Source of the DNA: Rhodospirillales bacterium
GTDB taxonomy: Bacteria; Pseudomonadota; Alphaproteobacteria; UBA9219
Direction of reading: 5' to 3'
DNA length: 24,245 bases
Assembly (NCBI GenBank): GCA_015654915.1
Contig: JAATFY010000182.1
Coordinates: forward strand, 1-24,245
Of the stretch, positions 17,425-24,245 are shown in pieces; within the stretch, counting starts at the first letter, position 1, and each line of letters starts with the position of its first letter. A program made the position numbers and the translations under genes. The notes under the pieces were generated by a model. The model worked only from the letters and a program-made list of their open reading frames with translations, did not search any database and was not told the DNA's origin.

Positions 17425-17515
<91 letters not shown>

Positions 17516-17627
17516 TCTGCATGCGATTGTATGCAGCATTAACCATGAAATGTGAGACACTTTACTGTGTTTTGAATGATCGGTAACGTTGCTACCGGTT
17601 TGATTTATAAACTTATGGAGATAATCT

Positions 17628-17978
17628 ATGACTGTTCAATCTACTGTTTCAGATGAGAGATATTCTTTAGGTGATCGACTTGGGGGCATTTTCCCTGGCA
17701 TGATATTGACAGGCCTTCTCGTTGGTGGGCCCGCCTCAGCCGGAGCACTAGCTGGAGGAGCTCTTGGATTTGGGGCCGCAGCGGTAGAAGTTGTGACGCA
17801 TCTTAATTCATATCATAGCTTGCCTGAAGCAGTGGCGGCAGCCGAAACTTGGACCACTACAGCTAGCTACATAACCGGAACGATCGGTGCAATTATCGGC
17901 GCCAAAAAAGCTTTAGAGCATCCTTGGGCCCGCGCAGCCATTCGGGCAATGTTAGGAATGAAACCGTCTGCTGGCTAA
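17628..17978 (+). CDS. Hypothetical Gly/Ala-rich membrane protein
   Basis: GGAG RBS; hydrophobic GxxxG-rich segments (GGPASAGALAGGALGFG, GTIGAIIG). Confidence 0.62.
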   Translation: MTVQSTVSDERYSLGDRLGGIFPGMILTGLLVGGPASAGALAGGALGFGAAAVEVVTHLNSYHSLPEAVAAAETWTTTASYITGTIGAIIGAKKALEHPWARAAIRAMLGMKPSAG

Positions 17979-18024
17979 GGTTCTAAACGCTATTGCGGGT
18001 TCTTGCTTTATTCCCACTCAATCT

Positions 18025-18267
18025 TTAGCGCGGGTTCGGGTGCCCAACAGGTTTGCCGGGATCTTTTGGCGTGACGGAATACATGTGGCTTTCCTCATAA
18101 GCGATAACGTCTTCGATCTTGTATTTTATCCGCCAGCCGATTTTCATAAAACGCGGCCCCGTACCACGCCAACGCCAGCGTTCAAGCGTTTCGTAAGTTA
18201 GACCCCAGCGTTGCGCGAGTTGATGTGGGTTTAAATATACTGGCTCTTTTTCTACTGGCTTAGTCAT
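18025..18267 (-). CDS. Excisionase/AlpA/MerR-like HTH DNA-binding protein
   Basis: YLNPHQLAQRWGLTYETLERWRWRGTGPRFMKIGWRIKYKIEDVIAYE, a classic phage/ICE Xis-like pattern. Confidence 0.87.
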   Translation of the reverse strand: MTKPVEKEPVYLNPHQLAQRWGLTYETLERWRWRGTGPRFMKIGWRIKYKIEDVIAYEESHMYSVTPKDPGKPVGHPNPR

Positions 18268-18510
18268 GCAATTCCCTTATTTAAAATTGGCAAAGTTCAG
18301 CAATCGAGCTATGTAGCCCGCAACGCACATTGCTCGATTTCAAAGGAACGTCCAGTTATTGAATGCGCTAAAATGTGAAGCTAAGAGCTGTGTGGAAATT
18401 AACGCTTGTTAAGAAAGCGCAGTGCTTATTCCATCAGATTCCATGTTGGCATCTGATTATATTCTGCTAAATCTTTAGAGCGTGGGCGAGTAGCGAAAGA
18501 CTTGCGCCGC

Positions 18511-18549
18511 CATAAACCAAAGGGGCTTTCGGGCCCCTTATGGTTTATG
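18511..18549. terminator. Hairpin, probable terminator
   Basis: cataaacca-aaggggc-tttcgg-gcccctt-a-tggtttatg. Confidence 0.55.
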
Positions 18550-18804
18550 CTGAAGTCGGTGGCGTTGAAGGGCGCGCCCGGGTTCGATGACCGAGCGCAT
18601 CTAGAATAAAAAAAGTTGCGCGAGGGCAGGCTTCGAGCCGCACGCAGTGCGGCGAAAGCAATCCCACCCTCTCCGCCAGTACTCAGAATTTAGCTACAGT
18701 ACTCAGAGCTACGCTGCATTACCTATAAAGCATTAACAAACTTCGCCACGTTAGCTTTTGGCTAAAGCGCGGCGAAGTCTGTCGTGAATAAACCTTTCCC
18801 TAAT

Positions 18805-19272
18805 TTAAGCTACTTGCCCTCTGCAATCCACTTTTCTCGTAACAACCGCTTGCCCGGTTTCGAGAAGCGATTTGAGATTGGACAGAACCTTGGGCCATCC
18901 GCCGGAAACGCCGACGATGGTTTTCGATTGAGCTTTATCGATGCTGTGCGTGACGGTCAGCTTTACTGCACCTTCGTCCTGTTCGATATCAAACACGCAG
19001 AGCGAGTGACCTTCTGCCTTCATTTCCGCATCTTTTTCCTGCAGCCATTTAAGAACAAGGCGCTTCGGCGGGTTGCTTTCAACAACCGAGCCTGTACAGC
19101 AAAGACCGCCATCGTGGAATTGCATTTTCCACGCCGAACCGGTCTTCCATTCGCTTGTGCAATACATGCCAAACCAATATTGCTTCATAAACTCGGCATT
19201 CGTGAGGGCGTCCCACAGTTTTTCCGGCGTGGTTTTGATGTAAGTGGTGTAGATAAATTCGGATTTAGTCAT
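18805..19272 (-). CDS. SRPBCC/AHA1 family protein
   Basis: YTTYIKTTPEKLWDALT, WKTGSAW, PPKRLVLKW, GGWPKVLSNLKSLLETG. ATG 19272 overlaps the ArsR stop. Confidence 0.9.
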   Translation of the reverse strand: MTKSEFIYTTYIKTTPEKLWDALTNAEFMKQYWFGMYCTSEWKTGSAWKMQFHDGGLCCTGSVVESNPPKRLVLKWLQEKDAEMKAEGHSLCVFDIEQDEGAVKLTVTHSIDKAQSKTIVGVSGGWPKVLSNLKSLLETGQAVVTRKVDCRGQVA

Positions 19273-19594
19273 CGTCTTTTTCCTCCAGAGCTTGTCTAAG
19301 ATTGTGAAGAGCCTGCAACCGTCCTCGTTCATATTTGCTGATCCAACGTGTATAAATCTCATTGATCGGCACAGGATTGAGGTAATGCAGCTTCTCGCGC
19401 CCCCGCCATTGCGGGACAACAAGATTTGCTGCCTCCAATAAAGCAAGGTGCTTGGTCACTGCCTGACGGCTCATGTCATGGCCTTCGCAAAGCTCGCCTA
19501 AAGTCAGTCCGGCCTTCTTGTGCAGCCGGTCGAGCAATAGCCTGCGGCTATTATCCGCCAGGGCCTTGAACACCTTGTCTTCATTGGGAACCAT
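19265..19594 (-). CDS. ArsR/SmtB-family transcriptional regulator
   Basis: VFKALADNSRRLLLDRL, MSRQAVTKHLALLEAANLV, GREKLHYLNP. Confidence 0.93.
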   Translation of the reverse strand: MVPNEDKVFKALADNSRRLLLDRLHKKAGLTLGELCEGHDMSRQAVTKHLALLEAANLVVPQWRGREKLHYLNPVPINEIYTRWISKYERGRLQALHNLRQALEEKDDD

Positions 19595-19599
19595 ACGCC

Positions 19600-19629
19600 A
19601 TTATATGCAACCATATAGTTGCATGTCAA
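19600..19629 (-). promoter_or_regulatory. Sigma70 promoter with operator palindrome in the spacer
   Basis: Minus strand TTGACA-18 nt-TATAAT, 5 nt before the ATG; palindrome ATGCAAC-N6-GTTGCAT at 19605-19624. Confidence 0.85.
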
Positions 19630-19739
19630 GGAAACAAAAACATTAAGTTAATATCCATTGAGAAACCGCCATTTACCGTCACTATTAGCCTTGTAATTTG
19701 CTATCGTGAGAGCAGTTACTATCCGGTAGACTTCTCTCC

Positions 19740-19845
19740 GCCACCCTACGCTAAAGCTTCGGGTGGCAGGCCGCCTCTTCTTAGCGGACTGACACCCAAA
19801 TAAAAAAGTTGTAGGGTGCCTTCCGAAGCTTCAGCGTAGGAAGGC
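19740..19845. repeat. Inverted dimer of a cctacgct(a/g)aagcttcgg palindromic repeat
   Basis: gccaccctacgctaaagcttcgggtggc (19740-19767) and gccttccgaagcttcagcgtaggaaggc (19818-19845); cores match 17/18 in inverted orientation. Confidence 0.7.
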
Positions 19846-19920
19846 GGGTTGAGTTTAGAAAATCTTATTTCCGCCATCGACCGTAAAGCATGCGATCAAC
19901 ATCTGATAACGGAGGACAAC

Positions 19921-20364
19921 ATGCCCGCCTACACCATCAAACCGCTCGTCACGGCGACCGCCGTAAATACCGGCGGGCGCAACGGCCATTCGGAAACGAC
20001 CGATCATTCGGTCAGCGTCAACCTGTCGGTGCGCAAGGAAATGGGCGGCCCGGGGTTGCCGGACACGACGACACCCGAACATCTGTTTGCCGCCGGTTAT
20101 GCGGCCTGTTTCGGCGGCGCGATGGACTTCCTCGCCAAGCAACAGAAGAAAGACGCCTCCGGCGCCACCGTCACATGCAGTACGTCCGTCGGTCAGCGCG
20201 AAGGCGGCGGGTTCGGCATCGCCGTAAAAATGCAGGTCAAAATTCCCGGCTGGTCCAAAGCCGATGCTACGGCTCTCGCGCAGGCGACGCACGAAAAGAT
20301 ATGCCCCTACAGCCACGCCACGCGCGGCAACATCGATTTCGCGCTGGAAGTCGAGGGCGCCTAG
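19921..20364 (+). CDS. ohr: Organic hydroperoxide resistance protein
   Basis: GGAGGA RBS; GGRNG, PEHLFAAGYAACF (Cys), CPYSHATRGNI (Cys). Confidence 0.9.
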   Translation: MPAYTIKPLVTATAVNTGGRNGHSETTDHSVSVNLSVRKEMGGPGLPDTTTPEHLFAAGYAACFGGAMDFLAKQQKKDASGATVTCSTSVGQREGGGFGIAVKMQVKIPGWSKADATALAQATHEKICPYSHATRGNIDFALEVEGA

Positions 20365-20435
20365 GAAAAATCCCGCCCGTACCGGCTGATAACGGGCCGT
20401 CGTTTAAGGCAACGGCGCAAATGCCCGTTTTCGCT

Positions 20436-21347
20436 TCAGGGCGCCGGTGCGTCGAGAAAAGCGACGATTTTGGGAATGACCTGAGCGGGCGCTTCTTCCA
20501 TCAGCCAGTGTCCCGAGCCTGCGACGACGACGCCTTCGACATTATCGTCTACAAGCTTGGCCTGCTCGATCAGGAACGGGCCTGACGCTTTTTCGCCGGT
20601 CAGGACCAGCATCGGCATCGGCAGCGGCGTTTGGGCAAAGCCGGCGAAGTCGGCGGCGTCTTTTTCGAAGGCGCGGAAATACTCAAACCCCGCCCGCATG
20701 TGGTCCGGCATGGCATATTCCTTCGCATAAAACACGCGGTCGGCCTCCGGCACCGAATGGGCGGGATCGGCGGCGAAATCGTTCCAGAAATGCTCGAGAT
20801 AGGTGCGCTCGCGCCCCTTCACGAGGGCCAGCGGGGTTTTTCCGTAGAAGTGGAAATGCCACAGGTCGCGCATCAGCCACACGCTTTTCCAGTCGCCGAC
20901 GCCCGGCAGAAAGGCGTCCATCAGCACGATACGGTCGACCTCGGCGGGGTATTGCGTGGCATAGGCGTAGGCGACCATCAAGCCGATATCGTGCCCGACT
21001 ATTTCAATGTGATCGTAACCGAGTTTGTGGACGAGGGCGTGAATGTCCTGCGCCATCACGGCCTTTGTATAGCCGTCCGGCGGCGTGGAGGATTGACCCG
21101 CGCCGCGCAAGTCCGGCGCTATGACGGTATGCGTCTTTTCCAGTTCCGCCATCAGCGGAAGCCACATATGGCTCGTTTCGGCGTAGCCGTGCAGCAGCAC
21201 GACCGGCGCGCCTTTGCCTTCGATCAGGTAATGCAGACGCACGCCGTTTGCATCGGCGAAACGGCTTTGCGGAGCCTTGGCCGCCGCGGGATTCGGAAAT
21301 CCGAGCGCAAGCAAGATCGCCGCGCGCAGCAAAAGGGAGCGTTTCAT
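20436..21347 (-). CDS. Alpha/beta hydrolase, epoxide hydrolase-like, with signal peptide
   Basis: LLHGY, APDLRGAG, GHDIG (Asp nucleophile), GHWLMEE; N-terminus MKRSLLLRAAILLALG...AAA. Confidence 0.9.
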   Translation of the reverse strand: MKRSLLLRAAILLALGFPNPAAAKAPQSRFADANGVRLHYLIEGKGAPVVLLHGYAETSHMWLPLMAELEKTHTVIAPDLRGAGQSSTPPDGYTKAVMAQDIHALVHKLGYDHIEIVGHDIGLMVAYAYATQYPAEVDRIVLMDAFLPGVGDWKSVWLMRDLWHFHFYGKTPLALVKGRERTYLEHFWNDFAADPAHSVPEADRVFYAKEYAMPDHMRAGFEYFRAFEKDAADFAGFAQTPLPMPMLVLTGEKASGPFLIEQAKLVDDNVEGVVVAGSGHWLMEEAPAQVIPKIVAFLDAPAP

Positions 21348-21388
21348 GATGATTATTCCTTGCCAGAAATGCGGTGGACGTTCGGCTG

Positions 21389-22255
21389 TCAGGCGGCGCT
21401 TTTCTTCGACGCATCCATGCCGGCTTCGACCTTGCCCTGTTTGATGAAGGCAAGCAAATCGGCGTTGATCTGGTCCTTGTGCGTCGAGCACATGCCGTGC
21501 GGCGCGCCCTTGTAGATTTTCAGCTGGGCGTCCCTGACCAGCTTGGCGGAGAGCATGGCGGAATCGGCGATCGGCACGATCTGGTCGTCGTCGCCGTGCA
21601 GGATAAGCGTCGGCACGTCGAATTTTTTAAGGTCCTCGGTGAAGTCGGTTTCCGAAAAAGCCTTGATGCATTCGAAGGCGGCGTTGAATCCGGCTTGCAT
21701 CCCCTGCAACCAGAACGAATCCCGCAAGCCTTGCGACACCTTGTTGCCCGGCCGGTTGGCGCCGTAAAACGGCGCGCCGAGATCCTTGAAAAACTGCGAA
21801 CGGTCGGCAAGCACGGCGGCGCGGATGCCGTCGAACGCTTCCATGGGTGTACCGTTCGGATTGGTGGCCGATTTCAGCATCACCGGCGGCACCGCGCCGA
21901 TCAGCACGGCCTTGGCGACGCGTTTCGTGCCGTGGCGGCCGATATAGCGGGCGACTTCGCCGCCGCCGGTCGAATGCCCGACATGGATCGCGTCCTTGAG
22001 GTCGAGTTTCGCGGCAAGCGCCGCAAGATCGTCGGCGTAGCTGTTCATCTCGTTGCCGTTCGAAGGCTGGCCCGACCGGCCGTGGCCGCGGCGGTCGTGG
22101 GCGATGCAGCGGTAACCGCGCGACGACAGGAACAGCATCTGGTCTTCCCACGCGTCCGCGCTCAGGGGCCAGCCGTGACTGAAAACGACAGGCTGGCCTG
22201 TTCCCCAGTCTTTATAATAAATTTCGGTTCCGTCGGTTGCCGTGAATGTCGCCAT
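21389..22255 (-). CDS. cpo: Non-heme chloroperoxidase-type alpha/beta hydrolase (perhydrolase/arylesterase)
   Basis: [40 protein letters not shown]. Confidence 0.88.
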   Translation of the reverse strand: MATFTATDGTEIYYKDWGTGQPVVFSHGWPLSADAWEDQMLFLSSRGYRCIAHDRRGHGRSGQPSNGNEMNSYADDLAALAAKLDLKDAIHVGHSTGGGEVARYIGRHGTKRVAKAVLIGAVPPVMLKSATNPNGTPMEAFDGIRAAVLADRSQFFKDLGAPFYGANRPGNKVSQGLRDSFWLQGMQAGFNAAFECIKAFSETDFTEDLKKFDVPTLILHGDDDQIVPIADSAMLSAKLVRDAQLKIYKGAPHGMCSTHKDQINADLLAFIKQGKVEAGMDASKKSAA

Positions 22256-22394
22256 GATCGTCTCCTTAAGGTTTGAGGGAGCGTTTCGGCTTTAGAAAAA
22301 AGCAGACAATCACAGAGTCGGAAAAGAGTCGAGAGGGGACATTAACGCCGCTACCGGTTTTCGTTTTATTTTAAATATCAATAGCCTGCGCCGT

Positions 22395-22514
22395 TCATCC
22401 GGCGTCGGAAATTTTATCCGCTTCCTTGTCGGCGTCGAGCTCGAACCACAGCGCGTTCAGGATGGCGAACGCGCAGGCGAGGCCCGCCCCCAAAATCCAG
22501 CTGAAATACCACAT
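22395..22514 (-). CDS. cydX: Cytochrome bd-I oxidase small subunit CydX
   Basis: My translation MWYFSWILGAGLACAFAILNALWFELDADKEADKISDAG (39 aa); GGAGG RBS; 16 bp after cydB. Confidence 0.93.
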   Translation of the reverse strand: MWYFSWILGAGLACAFAILNALWFELDADKEADKISDAG

Positions 22515-22530
22515 GATGTCCTCCCGAAAT

Positions 22531-23670
22531 CTAATACAGGTTCTGCCCGTTTTCCTTTATATCCGCCGCCGTCACCTTGCCGCGCAGCACGTGATAGACC
22601 CACCCTGTATAGGCCAGAACGATCGGCAGGAAAACGACGGTCACAAGCGTCATGGTAATCAACGTACCGCGGCTCGATGACGCGTCCCAGACCGTCAGGC
22701 TCGCATCCGGATCGGCGGATGAGGGCAGCAGGAACGGAAACATGGAAACGCCCGCCGTGCCGATGATGCTCGCCACCGTCAGGGCGCTGCCGAGAAAAGA
22801 TATCAGCGGCTTTTTCATCCGGACACCCGCCAGCACCAGAAAGACCCCAAGCATCGAAAGAACTGGCACCAGCACGGTAACGGGAAGTTTATGATAATTG
22901 TCCATCCACGCGCCCGCGGCATGGGTGACCGTCTTCAGCATCGGGTTCGACGGGCCCTGCGTGGCGACGGCGCTTGTGATGCCGTAGCCTTCGATCCCGT
23001 GCGCGATCCATAAACCGGCAACGCCGAACAGGGCGAGCGTGACGTATGAGAAAATCACCGCCGTTTTACGCGCGCGTTTTTCGACGGCGCCTTCGGTCTT
23101 GACCGCCAGCCAGCTGCTGCCATGCAGCAGGATCATCGAAAGGCTGACCAGCCCGCATAAGAGGGCGAACGGGTTGAGAAGACCGAAAAACGTGCCGCTA
23201 TAGGTCATGCGCATCGTTTCGTCGAAGGTGAAGGGCACGCCCTGCAGCGCATTGCCGAACGCGACGCCGAAAATCACCGGCGGCACCGCGCCGCCGATGA
23301 ACAGGCACCCGTCCCAGAAAGAGCGCCAGTGCGCGTCGGGCATCTTGCTGCGGAATTTGAAACCGACCGGCCGCAATATAAGGCTGAACAACACCACGAA
23401 CATCGCCATATAAAATCCCGAGAAGGCGACCGCATACAGATAAGGCCACGCCGCGAAAATCGCGCCGCCGCCGAGAATGAACCACACCTGATTACCTTCC
23501 CATACCGGCCCGACCGTATTGATGATGATGCGGCGTTCGCTGTCGTTGCGCCCGAGGAAAGGCAGCAGCGCCGCCGACCCCATATCGAAACCGTCCATTA
23601 CGGCAAAACCGATGAGGAGAATGCCGAGCACAACCCACCAGATCAGGCGCAGGATTTCATAATCGAACAT
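22531..23670 (-). CDS. cydB: Cytochrome bd ubiquinol oxidase subunit II
   Basis: GFAVMDGFDMG, GPVWEGNQVWFILGGGAIFAAWP, LTVWDASSS. Confidence 0.96.
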   Translation of the reverse strand: MFDYEILRLIWWVVLGILLIGFAVMDGFDMGSAALLPFLGRNDSERRIIINTVGPVWEGNQVWFILGGGAIFAAWPYLYAVAFSGFYMAMFVVLFSLILRPVGFKFRSKMPDAHWRSFWDGCLFIGGAVPPVIFGVAFGNALQGVPFTFDETMRMTYSGTFFGLLNPFALLCGLVSLSMILLHGSSWLAVKTEGAVEKRARKTAVIFSYVTLALFGVAGLWIAHGIEGYGITSAVATQGPSNPMLKTVTHAAGAWMDNYHKLPVTVLVPVLSMLGVFLVLAGVRMKKPLISFLGSALTVASIIGTAGVSMFPFLLPSSADPDASLTVWDASSSRGTLITMTLVTVVFLPIVLAYTGWVYHVLRGKVTAADIKENGQNLY

Positions 23671-24245
23671 CAGGCGGCCTCCTCGTTCATGGTGGCGGGC
23701 GCGGGCCCGAGGCGGATATATTTCAGCAGCAGGAATATATCGACTGCCAGCAGCGCGGTATAAAAGACCACGAAGCCGATCAGGGATGTCCAGACTTGTC
23801 CCGCTGTGACGGAAGACACGGAAAGGAAAGTCGGCAACACGCCGTCAATCGTCCATGGCTGGCGGCCGACTTCGGCCACGATCCAGCCGAGCTCGGCGGC
23901 GATCCACGGCAGCGGCAGCGAATAGAGGGCCAGCCTCAGGAACCAGCGCTTGTTTTGCAGCCGGCGGCGGCTGGCAAGATAGAAGCCGTAGCCGAACAGG
24001 GCGATAAAATAGAAACCGATCCCCACCATGAAACGGAAGCTCCAGAACAGCGTCGGCACGTCCGGGATCGTGTCGCGCGCGGCCTGATCGATTTGCGCGG
24101 CGCTGGCATGCATGACATCGGGCCGGTAGCGTTTCAGCAGCAGCGCGTAACCAAGATCGTCGCGATGCGCCTTGAATTGCGCCAGCAGCGCCGCATTTTC
24201 GCGGTCGTGGCGTAATTGATCCAGCGCGTCGTAAGTGACCATGCC
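23670..24245 (-). CDS. cydA: Cytochrome bd ubiquinol oxidase subunit I, 3' part (continues beyond the window)
   Basis: FWSFRFMVG, ELGWIVAEVGRQPW; TGA/ATG overlap with cydB. Confidence 0.95.
   Translation of the reverse strand, partial: GMVTYDALDQLRHDRENAALLAQFKAHRDDLGYALLLKRYRPDVMHASAAQIDQAARDTIPDVPTLFWSFRFMVGIGFYFIALFGYGFYLASRRRLQNKRWFLRLALYSLPLPWIAAELGWIVAEVGRQPWTIDGVLPTFLSVSSVTAGQVWTSLIGFVVFYTALLAVDIFLLLKYIRLGPAPATMNEEAA

Larger units (their letters stand above)
17516..18678. mobile_element. Small integrase-less islet bounded by a 19-bp direct repeat of the tRNA-Ser 3' end
   Basis: aatcccaccctctccgcca at 17497-17515 and 18660-18678; AT-richer interior with an excisionase-like gene. Confidence 0.6.

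Noticed and set aside
18399-18412. CtrA box ttaa-cgcttg-ttaa
   Set aside because: The spacer is 6 nt rather than the canonical 7, in AT-rich DNA where such matches arise by chance.
19849-19920. N-terminal extensions of ohr, SRPBCC, galU, ftsE and the alpha/beta hydrolase in the ORF track
   Set aside because: Downstream ATGs match family N-termini or have clear RBSs; the extensions overlap repeats or neighbouring genes.

Overview
High-GC alphaproteobacterial chromosome segment. Core genes: ftsE, a zinc-ribbon membrane protein, a CpdR-like response regulator, galU-ugd, apaG, an M14/AstE-family hydrolase, polA, a zf-CHCC protein, an ABC ATPase and the 3' end of the cytochrome bd operon (cydA partial, cydB, and cydX, which the ORF track misses). 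Three tRNA genes are present (Gly-CCC, Arg-CCG, Ser-CGA), each with accessory DNA or repeats at its 3' side. The most unusual part is 4357-9860, between ugd and the tRNA-Gly 3' end. It holds two paralogous copies of a module (XRE-HTH regulator with a large C-terminal domain, divergent from a small ORF6C-like protein), a methyltransferase, an acyltransferase with no canonical start upstream of its first conserved motif, a densely base-paired ~290-nt noncoding element, and 54-bp tandem repeats that copy the tRNA 3' end. A second integrase-less islet with an excisionase-like HTH gene lies between tRNA-Ser and a 19-bp copy of its 3' end, followed by a stress/detox cluster (ArsR-SRPBCC, ohr, two alpha/beta hydrolases). 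Several REP-like palindromic families fill the intergenic spaces. All family assignments come from motif recognition by eye; no searches were run.
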